Shown here one piece after another: positions 48,919 to 57,629 of a stretch of 64,000 bases of DNA. The stretch covers positions 5,088,001-5,152,000 of the forward strand of contig CBDCJH010000002.1 in assembly GCA_965217775.1 (NCBI GenBank), in the 5' to 3' direction. The notes under the pieces are model-generated. The model was not told the DNA's origin and did not search any database. It saw only the letters and a list, made by a program, of their open reading frames with translations. A program made the translations under genes and the position numbers. Position 1 is the stretch's first letter; every line of letters starts with the position of its first letter. This DNA comes from Acidobacteriota bacterium. GTDB taxonomy: Bacteria; Acidobacteriota; UBA6911; RPQK01; JAJDTT01.

Positions 48919-50212
48919 GTTCGTCCTCGCGTCTGGCCATGAAGCTGCCGCGTCCGGTTCGGACCCGAACCAGCTCGTGATCGGAAACCTGGGCGGCTTC
49001 TCGAACCACCTGCCCGCTGCCGGTCGTGATTATAGCGTAGCCTCGTTCCAGGACCGCCAGCGGTGAGTAGGCCTGAAGGCGTCCCGCGGTTTTCCCCAGT
49101 CGGTGCTTCAACTCCTTCAGGTAAAGGTCCATCCGATGTCCGAGGGCGATGGTCGATTGCTCCAGCCGGGTCGCGATGGGCGCCAGGAAAGCGGGGAGCG
49201 CCTTGTGGAATCTCCCGTGGAGCTCGTCGAGGCGTTGCAGGAAAAATTTGAGACGAGTCTCGGCGTCCACGAATCCGCGGCTGGCGGTGAGTGTACGCAG
49301 CCGCTCCTGTTTTCTGTGGAGAACCAGCGACATGGCCTGCAGGGCACGTTTCTCCAGATGCGCCGTCCGTTGAACCAGTTCCTCCCGGGCCGCGGAGACG
49401 GTTTCAGCCGCGGCGGACGGGGTTGCCGCCCTCACGTCGGCGACGAAGTCCGCGATGGTGAAGTCGGTCTCGTGACCGACGGCCGAGATCACCGGGACGC
49501 GAGATTCGAAAATGGTTCTGGCCAGGGCCTCGTCGTTGAATGCCCACAGGTCTTCCGTCGATCCTCCTCCGCGCGCGATGATGATGGCGTCCACGTCACC
49601 ACGCCGGGCCAGCTCCCGGATGCCTTCGGCGATTTGCGGGGGGGCCGTGGGTCCCTGGACCGTGGCCGGGTAGATCAGGACGCCGACCCGGTCGTTCCGC
49701 TCCTGGAGGACCCGGAGAATGTCCCGCACGGCCGCGCCGCTGGGGGAAGTCACCACCCCGACCTTGGCGGGAAACAACGGGAGCTTCAGCTTGTGGGCGG
49801 GGTCGAACAGACTCTCCTTGGAGAGCCGCTCCTTGAGTTGTTCGAAAGCCACCTGGAGCGCGCCGCGGCCCAATGGCTCCAGGTGACTCACCATCAGTTG
49901 GACCTGTCCTCTCGGCGCATAGACCGAGATCGAACCCCGGGCCAGAAGCTCCATGCCGTCCTCGGGCAGAAACTTCAAATAGCGGCGCCGCATCCGGAAA
50001 CAGACGGCCGGGATCTGCGCCGCCGAGTCCTTGAGGGTGAAGTAGAGGTGGCCGGACGGGGGAATTCGCAGGTTGGAGACCTCGCCCTGGACCCAGACGT
50101 CGCGGAATCCGGTCTCCAATCGGGACTTGATCTGATAGACGATCTGCGAAACGGACAGGATCCGGCGTTCTCCCAACTGTCCGAACTTCCCCATCATGTC
50201 GAGCTGCTTCAT
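48908..50212 (-). CDS. xseA: Exonuclease VII large subunit
   Basis: SGHLYFTLKD, ARGGGS.EDLWAFN, GHETD, TPSAAAE. Confidence 0.97.
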   Translation of the reverse strand: MKQLDMMGKFGQLGERRILSVSQIVYQIKSRLETGFRDVWVQGEVSNLRIPPSGHLYFTLKDSAAQIPAVCFRMRRRYLKFLPEDGMELLARGSISVYAPRGQVQLMVSHLEPLGRGALQVAFEQLKERLSKESLFDPAHKLKLPLFPAKVGVVTSPSGAAVRDILRVLQERNDRVGVLIYPATVQGPTAPPQIAEGIRELARRGDVDAIIIARGGGSTEDLWAFNDEALARTIFESRVPVISAVGHETDFTIADFVADVRAATPSAAAETVSAAREELVQRTAHLEKRALQAMSLVLHRKQERLRTLTASRGFVDAETRLKFFLQRLDELHGRFHKALPAFLAPIATRLEQSTIALGHRMDLYLKELKHRLGKTAGRLQAYSPLAVLERGYAIITTGSGQVVREAAQVSDHELVRVRTGRGSFMARREDEREI

Positions 50213-50386
50213 CGGAATTCCGAGCTGTTCCTGAACACTAGCACCCCGCCGGCTTCCCATTTAAGGCGAATGCAGTGTCTTTGTCATTCGCGTCCGGCGG
50301 GCCGACTCGGAACTGATGGTAGAGATTCCTCCGACGCTCTGAGGGTAATAAAGGACGGCGAGTCATAACTGTCGCCACCCTCTACA

Positions 50387-51325
50387 TCAGACTGAGTTCC
50401 ACGACGAATCGAGGGTGATCGTTTTGGATGTCATGGCCTTCATGGTGAAGATTAGAACCAGAATATTGTAGGTCGTGTCGAACGCCTCAGCGACGCACTC
50501 ATGCGGCACATTATTCCTGTCGAGGAATGGGATCAAGACAGGTCGAGTCATCCTGCAACCGATTGGCAACACTGGCCAAAGGAAATGATCGGGGGTAATC
50601 GTGGTGTCGTTGGGTAGACCAAACTGAGTAATGAAGGAGGGTGATGCCTCAATGCGCCGAACCGAGGCCCACATTGCGTTATCTCCAAATCCATCAGTCT
50701 CAACGGGATTCAGGACATAGACGACGCACGCGCTGTGGTTGGTCCGGGCGTATTCTCGGATTGAGGCATAGATGGAGGCCCCGAACTTCTTCGCAAGGCC
50801 GATCGGGGTTTTGATTCCTAATTCGCAGTCTGCAGCGTGGTCCGAAAAGGTGTTTCCCTTGAAGATCGCAAAGCGGGCGAAATTATTCGCCTCGCGCTCG
50901 AACTGATCTGTGATCTCCGGTGCAAGGGTCTTACGACAATCTTGGAAGAACCGGAACAACTTGCGATGCGTTGGCATCTCATGATGGGCAATTTCATGGA
51001 GTTTCAAGAAAGTCTGTTTAGCAAGTACGACACTGCCGTCGACGTGGATGAGTTTTTCACCGGCATCGTACAGGGCCAATACTTTGGCAATCGCTGACTT
51101 GATAAGGGCCCCCGTTCTGGTCGCCTTATCGTTGACATAGGAGAGAAGGGCGCGGCGATCAAAAGCGCTGGTGGGCGCAACCTGAACCTTGGCAGCCGCA
51201 AGAATGTCAGCTATGGGGATCGGGTATTTGTTCCAAGCATCGGCTCGGTCGAGGAGCCTTCTTGATCGCTCCTCGACCGCGCGCAGGTCTCCGGGATCAA
51301 GGCTGCTGTCGTCAGGTTTTATCAC
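50387..51325 (-). CDS. ImmA/IrrE-family metallopeptidase (CapP-like)
   Basis: HEIAH zinc motif followed by EREANNFA; overlaps the HTH gene. Confidence 0.88.
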   Translation of the reverse strand: MIKPDDSSLDPGDLRAVEERSRRLLDRADAWNKYPIPIADILAAAKVQVAPTSAFDRRALLSYVNDKATRTGALIKSAIAKVLALYDAGEKLIHVDGSVVLAKQTFLKLHEIAHHEMPTHRKLFRFFQDCRKTLAPEITDQFEREANNFARFAIFKGNTFSDHAADCELGIKTPIGLAKKFGASIYASIREYARTNHSACVVYVLNPVETDGFGDNAMWASVRRIEASPSFITQFGLPNDTTITPDHFLWPVLPIGCRMTRPVLIPFLDRNNVPHECVAEAFDTTYNILVLIFTMKAMTSKTITLDSSWNSV

Positions 51326-51677
51326 GGGGTAATTTCCTGTGAGATCGAAGGAATTGGAGATACCGTATCAATTCAGATTCTTCCTCAGATGTCAGTTGAT
51401 GCTCGGAAAAAGCCGCAACTCTGCCACGTCTTTCTTCGCTCCGTTTGGTTACTGCCGCGACGTATCCAGCCAGTTCCATGAGCCTTTCGAAGCTGATGCC
51501 GTAGGTCTCCGCCAGTGCATACAGGATATTGGGCGAAGGCTTCTGGATTCGGTCATTCTCAATCTGGCTGAGATAGGCGTTTGATACTCGCCTATTCGTT
51601 GCATCTTCGACCGCGCGCAGTGTCATTTTTCGGTCTGTCCGAATCGATATGAGATATTCTCCCAGCGTTGTCTCCAT
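51312..51677 (-). CDS. XRE HTH repressor (CapH/ImmR-like)
   Basis: LRAVE...VSNAYLSQIEN..I.KPSP; purine-rich ribosome-binding site before ATG 51677. Confidence 0.9.
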   Translation of the reverse strand: METTLGEYLISIRTDRKMTLRAVEDATNRRVSNAYLSQIENDRIQKPSPNILYALAETYGISFERLMELAGYVAAVTKRSEERRGRVAAFSEHQLTSEEESELIRYLQFLRSHRKLPRDKT

Positions 51678-51749
51678 GACCCCCCTTTCGATGGCTTCCT
51701 TGGTCAAGCGGACGTTTCTTCTCTAAACATCTTGGCGTCACCCTTCAGG

Positions 51750-51805
51750 AAAAATCAAGCGTGCGTATTTTTTGCTTGACATACTTAGCATGCGTATCTT
51801 AATAT
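51750..51805. promoter_or_regulatory. Divergent promoter/operator region of the Ubl operon
   Basis: AT-rich; TTGACA at 51776; TTGCTT-17 bp-TATCTT; inverted TCAAGC/GCTTGA; TGCGTAT occurs twice. Confidence 0.55.
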
Positions 51806-51847
51806 GCAGATGACGGCGGGACGCGGTGTCCCGCAGAGCGAAGATCA

Positions 51848-52546
51848 ATGACCGGAGAAGTCAACATGCAGATTGTGAGGGCTTTCGATGAATGTCTTTT
51901 CGGCGTGGCAGTGGCCAAAGCCGACTTCGATTTCCAGGCTTTCAAAGTAGCCGACCCCAAGCCCACGGGTCGACAGCTACTCGAAGTGGCAGGTTTCAGG
52001 CCGGCGGAAGAGCATCTGCTTTTCCAGTTGCTCCAAGACGGGGCGCTTGAGGAGCGGCGCCTTGAAGAGACCGTTGAGCTACGTAAGAAAGGAGCGGAGC
52101 GCTTCATAGCATTCCGAAGTGATCGGTCTTTCCGCGTCGAGATTGACCAACGGCGTTTCGAATGGGGCGCAACCCAGCTGACCGGGCTGACCGCGAAGCG
52201 GATGGTCGGCGCAGACCCTTCGTGCACTGGAGTCTGGCTGGAGCGGCGAGACGGTCCCGATCTCTTCATCAAGGACTCCGACATTGTGAAGCTCACGGCA
52301 GCAGGGGTCGAGAAGCTCCGCACTGGTCCGTCATTCGCGCTCTCGATCGAGGGTAAGGAGTTCCAGTGGTCTGAGCCGACCATCTCCACGGAGCAGATCG
52401 CCCAGCTCGGAGGCTGGGATCCGTCGCAGGGCGTTCAGCAGATCGACCTGGACACAAACGAAGCCCGTACTCTCAAGCTGGATGAAATCGTCGATCTGAG
52501 GAAAATCAAGACCTTTGCGAAAAAGATCGGGTGGCAACGTGGCTGA
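51848..52546 (+). CDS. Multi-ubiquitin-domain protein, three beta-grasp repeats (BubA/BilA-like)
   Basis: Three repeats of about 70 aa (PTGRQLL..AG...ETVEL..GAERF; TGL......DIVKL..GVEK; EQIAQLGG...EIVDL); C-terminal glycine (WQRG). Confidence 0.85.
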   Translation: MTGEVNMQIVRAFDECLFGVAVAKADFDFQAFKVADPKPTGRQLLEVAGFRPAEEHLLFQLLQDGALEERRLEETVELRKKGAERFIAFRSDRSFRVEIDQRRFEWGATQLTGLTAKRMVGADPSCTGVWLERRDGPDLFIKDSDIVKLTAAGVEKLRTGPSFALSIEGKEFQWSEPTISTEQIAQLGGWDPSQGVQQIDLDTNEARTLKLDEIVDLRKIKTFAKKIGWQRG

Positions 52547-52949
52547 GCGCGAACACCGCCTTGAGGAAGAATACAATCTCATCGCCACGATCTTTCGGAG
52601 TGTCGTTCGCTCGGGGGATTGGTTTCTTATTCCGGATGACGTTCGAGCGACACGACTCGGCTGGACTCCAGATCCGTTTCCGGTTGCGTTTCACGCGCAG
52701 GCACGACACCCAGGTCAGGTGCCGTACGGAATCTATGTGTCATCGTCCGCCCGGATCGGCGGCCAAATTCCGAACAATTTCAGCGCCAACGTGAACCATC
52801 GGCCGCCGTTCGAGGGGCCGTGGGGTGTTCTTTCTTGGCAAGGCGATGGCCATGGCATTCCCTGGATCCCGGCACAACGGATCCGCAAGGGGGCCAACCT
52901 GCTGAACTTTGTCATCACGTTCGAAGAAAGGTTCAAAGAAGGTGTCTGA
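52539..52949 (+). CDS. Prokaryotic E2-like protein without cysteine (BubB-like)
   Basis: HP...PYGIY, NNF, WGVLSW, W.P....GANLLNF; GTG overlaps the Ubl stop; lies between Ubl and JAB-E1. Confidence 0.75.
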   Translation: MAEREHRLEEEYNLIATIFRSVVRSGDWFLIPDDVRATRLGWTPDPFPVAFHAQARHPGQVPYGIYVSSSARIGGQIPNNFSANVNHRPPFEGPWGVLSWQGDGHGIPWIPAQRIRKGANLLNFVITFEERFKEGV

Positions 52950-54327
52950 GGCCTCCAGAGAATGGAGACTCCGTTTTGGGACCGAGGCGCAGTACCAAGC
53001 ACTTCGGGCCGCGCTCCTACCTGAAGGATATGCGAAAGATCGCGAGCACGGCGCCTTTCTCTTCGCCTCTCCAGCCGACGATGCGGGACTGGACATCGTT
53101 GATGTCGTCGTGCTCAAGCCAGCCGATTTTGTTGTGCAGTCGAGCTGCTACTTGGAGCTGCACGAAAATGTGCTCCAGAAGATGATCGTCCATGCGCACA
53201 GGACAAATACTACACTAGTCGAGGTCCACTCACATCCCCATGCGGACGGGCCACTAGTGCGTTTCTCTCCCTTTGATTGTAAGGGCTTAGCCGAAATCGG
53301 ACCGCAGGTGTCGTGGCGACTTCCTGGGCGACCTTATGTCGCCGTGGTCTTCGGTCGGGATGGGTTCGATTCCCTCTACTGGGAGGGTCGAGAGCGGCGG
53401 CCGCAAGGCGCCGTGGACCTCGTCGTCGCGGGACAGTTGTTACTCGCGAGCCGTGAATCCGAGCGCTCTTGGAGGAGAAAAATCGTGGATAGATTTGATA
53501 GGCAACGGATGATCTTCGGAGACAATGGGCAGAGGCGCCTGCGCGCCACGTCAGTCGGTATCGTCGGTGGGGGAGGGCTAGGTTCATTCATGGTACTGGA
53601 ACTTGCCTATTTGGGGATTGGGAAGATCGTGATCATCGACGATGATCTGCTGGAGATCCCGAACCGGAACCGATTGGTGGGCGCTTGGGCGTCGCACGCG
53701 GTAGGAAAACCCAAAGTCCAGCTACTTCGCGACCTAGTTATGCTCATCGACCCTGATATCGAGATCGAGGTGGTGCAGGCCCGGGTCGAAAAACCCGAAG
53801 CAGAGGCTGCCCTTGCAAATGTGGATATTGTTGTGGGGTGCGTCGACAACGATGGCCCCCGTTTCGTGCTGAATGAATTATGCTGCCAACAAGGTCTGCC
53901 GTTAATCGATGCTGCAAGCGATACTATTCCCGAGAAGGACAGTGTTCTTTTCGGAGGAAGGGTTTGCGTTGCAACGCCGGAGACAGGCTGCCTCATGTGT
54001 TTCAATGTATTGGACCAAAATGAAATTCAAGACTACTTCGCTTCTCCGGAGCAACGGGCTGACCAGCTCGCGGTCTACGGCGTACCCGAGAGATCCTTAG
54101 GTGATGGAGGTCCATCGGTGATCACGGTCAACGGAGTGGTAGCGTCGATCGCAGCGACCGAGATGATGGTCCTGGTGACCGAGATCCGAACTCCGATAGC
54201 ACACCAAGAATGGCGTGGTGATGAGGGACGCCTGATTCCTGTCGTCGACCGTGAGGAAGACTGCTATTACTGCGGCTTGCGCCCCATCAACAGTCAGAAG
54301 GACTTGGCCGGCGGCGTGGCACAGTAA
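52942..54327 (+). CDS. JAB/JAMM peptidase fused to ThiF/E1 adenylation domain (BubCD-like)
   Basis: EHGAF...EVHSHP...FSPFD; RFDRQ, GGGGLGS, NRNR, GCVDN, CLMC...CYYC. Confidence 0.9.
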   Translation: MSEASREWRLRFGTEAQYQALRAALLPEGYAKDREHGAFLFASPADDAGLDIVDVVVLKPADFVVQSSCYLELHENVLQKMIVHAHRTNTTLVEVHSHPHADGPLVRFSPFDCKGLAEIGPQVSWRLPGRPYVAVVFGRDGFDSLYWEGRERRPQGAVDLVVAGQLLLASRESERSWRRKIVDRFDRQRMIFGDNGQRRLRATSVGIVGGGGLGSFMVLELAYLGIGKIVIIDDDLLEIPNRNRLVGAWASHAVGKPKVQLLRDLVMLIDPDIEIEVVQARVEKPEAEAALANVDIVVGCVDNDGPRFVLNELCCQQGLPLIDAASDTIPEKDSVLFGGRVCVATPETGCLMCFNVLDQNEIQDYFASPEQRADQLAVYGVPERSLGDGGPSVITVNGVVASIAATEMMVLVTEIRTPIAHQEWRGDEGRLIPVVDREEDCYYCGLRPINSQKDLAGGVAQ

Positions 54328-54373
54328 GCCGAGACAGTCGCGTTTCCGCTCGAACCATTTCAAAAGGCGTTCC

Positions 54374-54760
54374 TCAACCGTCCCATTGTTCTGCGCGTCG
54401 ACGACCTCCTGCCGCTATCGGGCCGGCCCAATTGAGATCGTCGCCCGACATGCGCATCTCGTCCATAGAAGCACCTCTCCCGGATGTAGCGGATCGCCCG
54501 CTCCACTTTCCACTTCGTCTGGGCGCAATTGGGTTGGAAGGCTTGCAGCTCAATCCCCCAGTGACGGCTGAACCACAGAAACTCCCGGTGTCGGTTGACC
54601 GACCGCCATCCGAGAGCTTGTCCCCGATGATGATTGCTTTCATCTTGTCGAACAGAAGTTCCCTCGGCACACCCCCGAAGTAGCCATACGGTGCCTCCAA
54701 GCCTCGCATCACCAACGGCATAGTCTGACGAAATTAGTACCGTACCGCAGCTGAAAGAGC
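54374..54760 (-). pseudogene. IS21-family transposase (IstA) relic
   Basis: YFGGVPRELLFDKMK, then after a frameshift AQTKWKVERAIRYIR. Confidence 0.8.
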
Positions 54761-54862
54761 CGGAACTACGCGAAGTTCAGTTTCCCTGGGTACCGCGGAG
54801 GAGTTTCGAATCATTGCACGGGTTTCGTGGGAGTCTGCCTCAGCGAGTGGCGCACCCCCCCC

Positions 54863-54918
54863 GGAGCGGGGACAGGAATGTCCCCGCTCCCATCCGGCGA
54901 CAAGAAAGTCGCCGCTCC
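54863..54918. repeat. REP-like hairpin pair, GGAG family
   Basis: ggagcggggaca-ggaa-tgtccccgctcc and cggcgac-aagaaa-gtcgccgctcc. Confidence 0.65.
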
Positions 54919-54932
54919 GTTATGATTGCGCC

Positions 54933-55793
54933 ATGGCTTGGTTCAAGCGGGAAAAGAGGCCATTGCGGGCTCTGCCGGAAGAAGATCGCCGAGTTCGAGC
55001 CGAGGGGGTATTCACCAAGTGTCCCGGTTGCGGCAGCATCATCTGGAACAAGGAGTTGGCAGAGAACCTCCTGGTCTGCCCCCGCTGCAGCCACCATTTC
55101 AAGATCGGCGCCCGGAAGCGTCTGGAAGTGCTTCTGGACGATTCGGAATATGAAGAATTCGCTGCCGAGATTCGTTCTTCCGACCCGCTCGATTTCGAGG
55201 ACAAGAAGAACTACCGCGATCGAATCGAGGCGTCCCGCCGATCGACCGGACTCAACGAGGCCGTGATCTGTGCGGAAGGCGTCCTGCGCGGTCATCGAGT
55301 CGTGTGCGCCGCCATGGAATACAGCTTCATCGGCGGATCCATGGGGTCCGTCGTCGGTGAGAAGATCACCTTGGCGGTGGAGCGTTCCCTGGAGCGAAAG
55401 ATCCCCCTGATCATCGTTTCCGCCAGCGGCGGCGCCCGCATGATGGAAGGGGTGCTCTCGCTGATGCAGATGGCCAAGATCAGCTCCGCCCTCTCCCGCC
55501 TGGACCGTGAAGGGACTCCCTATGTCTCGCTTCTGACGGATCCCACCACCGGCGGTGTCACCGCCAGTTTCGCCATGCTGGGAGACCTGAATCTGGCCGA
55601 GCCCAAGGCTCTGATCGGATTCGCCGGCCCCCGGGTCATCGAGCAGACCATCCGCCAGCGGCTGCCCGAGGGGTTCCAGAGAAGCGAATTCCTCCTGGAG
55701 CATGGAATGTTGGATGCCGTGGTCCAAAGGAAGGACCTGAGAGCGTTCATCGGAGACTGGCTCGTCTTCATGGACCATGCTCCGAGCCAGTGA
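54933..55793 (+). CDS. accD: Acetyl-CoA carboxylase carboxyltransferase beta subunit
   Basis: C4 zinc finger, GGSMGSVVGE, SGGARMMEG, GFQRSEFLLEHG. Confidence 0.97.
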   Translation: MAWFKREKRPLRALPEEDRRVRAEGVFTKCPGCGSIIWNKELAENLLVCPRCSHHFKIGARKRLEVLLDDSEYEEFAAEIRSSDPLDFEDKKNYRDRIEASRRSTGLNEAVICAEGVLRGHRVVCAAMEYSFIGGSMGSVVGEKITLAVERSLERKIPLIIVSASGGARMMEGVLSLMQMAKISSALSRLDREGTPYVSLLTDPTTGGVTASFAMLGDLNLAEPKALIGFAGPRVIEQTIRQRLPEGFQRSEFLLEHGMLDAVVQRKDLRAFIGDWLVFMDHAPSQ

Positions 55794-57139
55794 CGACCGG
55801 CCGCGGGACGCACTTCCCGTTCACTGACGTCGACAACATGGATCACGCCGAGTGCCTCGCCTACCTCCGGAGGCTGGGGGACGAAGTGCTCACCATGCGC
55901 CTCGGCCTGGAGCCCTTTCGAGCCCTTCTGGGGCAGTTGGATCACCCTCATCTCAGATTTCCCTCGGTCGTGATCGCCGGGACCAACGGCAAGGGGTCGG
56001 TCACCCGGTTCCTGGGATCCATCATGTCCTCCTGTGGTTTCCGGACCGCCGTCTACACGTCGCCTCATGTCATCCGGCTGGAGGAGCGGTTCGTGGTGGA
56101 CGGGAAACCGATATCCCGGCGGGAGTTCGCCGTCTGCTTCAGCCAGGTGGCAGAGGCCATCCGGCAGGCGGAGCTGCGATTCCATCCCACCTATTTCGAG
56201 ACTGTGACCGCGACGGCATTCGAATACTTCGCCCGCCGCCAGGTCGATCTGGCGATCCTGGAAGTGGGGATGGGCGGCCGGCTGGACAGCACCAACGTCG
56301 TGGACCCCCGACTCTCCATCATCACCCGGATCGGACTGGATCATCAGGCGCAGCTCGGGGAGACGGTGGAGAAGATTGCCGTCGAGAAGGCGGGGGTGCT
56401 CAGGCCCGGATCGCCGGTCCTCCTTGCTCCCCAGAGGGAGGAAGTGAGGCGGGTGTTGGGAGAGCGGGCGGCCCATGTGGGAGCCTCGGTTCATGATCTG
56501 GATCTGCCCGCATTGCGTGCAATGGAGGAACGGCAGGGCAGGTATTCCTTCTCGTTCCGAGGGACGAATTTCCGTCTGGGAGTGCACGGCAGGCATCAGA
56601 TCGAGAATGCGGGGGTGGCGATCCAGGCATCGGAGATCCTGGAGCGGATGGGGTTCTCACGGCACGGAACGGGGGTCCGGAAGGGAATCGAGAAGGCGAG
56701 TTCCCTGGGAGTGCTGCAGAAGATCGAGGGTCGTCCGGAGGTTTACCTGGACGGAGGTCACAATCGAGACGCCGTGGCCAAACTGGCGGCATTTCTTCAA
56801 AGACACACGACGACGCCCCGATCACTGGTCTTCGGGATCATGCGGGACAAGGAGATCGAGGTCGTGCTTCGGCTTCTGGAGCCGCTCTTCACACGGATCT
56901 ATCTGACTTCCTTCACGTCGGCCCGGGTGGCGGCTCCGGAGAGGTTGAAGGAGGTCTGTCCCCGGGGTGTCGTGGAGCCGGATCCCGTACGCGCGTTGAG
57001 CCGGGCTCTGGAGGCGGGAGCGACGACGGTGGTGGCCGGATCCTTCTACCTGGTGGGCGAGATCCTGGCGGCAATCGAAGAGGGGCGAGTCAGTTGGAAT
57101 CGTCGAGCTCCAACTCGAAGAGGAGATCTCCCGTCGTGA
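55790..57139 (+). CDS. folC: Folylpolyglutamate/dihydrofolate synthase
   Basis: AGTNGKGS, EVGMGGRLDSTN, DGGHN. Confidence 0.95.
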   Translation: MTTGRGTHFPFTDVDNMDHAECLAYLRRLGDEVLTMRLGLEPFRALLGQLDHPHLRFPSVVIAGTNGKGSVTRFLGSIMSSCGFRTAVYTSPHVIRLEERFVVDGKPISRREFAVCFSQVAEAIRQAELRFHPTYFETVTATAFEYFARRQVDLAILEVGMGGRLDSTNVVDPRLSIITRIGLDHQAQLGETVEKIAVEKAGVLRPGSPVLLAPQREEVRRVLGERAAHVGASVHDLDLPALRAMEERQGRYSFSFRGTNFRLGVHGRHQIENAGVAIQASEILERMGFSRHGTGVRKGIEKASSLGVLQKIEGRPEVYLDGGHNRDAVAKLAAFLQRHTTTPRSLVFGIMRDKEIEVVLRLLEPLFTRIYLTSFTSARVAAPERLKEVCPRGVVEPDPVRALSRALEAGATTVVAGSFYLVGEILAAIEEGRVSWNRRAPTRRGDLPS

Positions 57140-57629
57140 CGCTCGTGTCCTCGCGGACGTGGCAAGCCTGAATCGTCCCGGCTCCCGGGGCGGCGATCTG
57201 ATTTTGCATCTTCATGGCTTCGATCACCACCAGCCCGTCGCCGGCCTCGACCCGGTCACCCGGACGCCGCAGGATTCGGATCACTTTACCCGGCATCTTG
57301 GCCCTCAGGGTCGAATCCCCGGATCGGCCGCCGCCGGAGCCTCCGCGCCGGAGCCGGTCCCTCGGGTCCAGGGCCTGCACCGGGACGGTCCGCCCCAGCC
57401 AGGACACGAGAATCTCTCCGCCCCGCCGCCACGAGGAAATTTCCTGGATCCGGCCGTCCAATTCCAGAAGCCAACCTGACGCGGTTCGCCCCAGCAGCCG
57501 CGCCGTCAGTGCTCGGGAGAATTCACCGGGTCCTTGTAGCCGGATCCTGAATTCGGGAACCGAACCGCTCCGGACACGATCGATCTCGGCCCGGAATGAT
57601 TCTTCCTGGTATTGGAGATCCAGCTTCAC
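57090..57629 (-). CDS. Biotin carboxyl carrier subunit of acyl-CoA carboxylase
   Basis: MPGKV...EAMKM; GTG overlaps the upstream stop. Confidence 0.92.
   Translation of the reverse strand: MKLDLQYQEESFRAEIDRVRSGSVPEFRIRLQGPGEFSRALTARLLGRTASGWLLELDGRIQEISSWRRGGEILVSWLGRTVPVQALDPRDRLRRGGSGGGRSGDSTLRAKMPGKVIRILRRPGDRVEAGDGLVVIEAMKMQNQIAAPGAGTIQACHVREDTSVTTGDLLFELELDDSN

Noticed and set aside
50387-54327. CBASS or ThiS/MoaD sulfur-relay interpretation of the E1/E2/JAB genes
   Set aside because: No cyclase or effector gene and no thiamine, molybdopterin or cysteine synthesis genes in the island; the Ubl is multi-domain and an E2-like gene is present.
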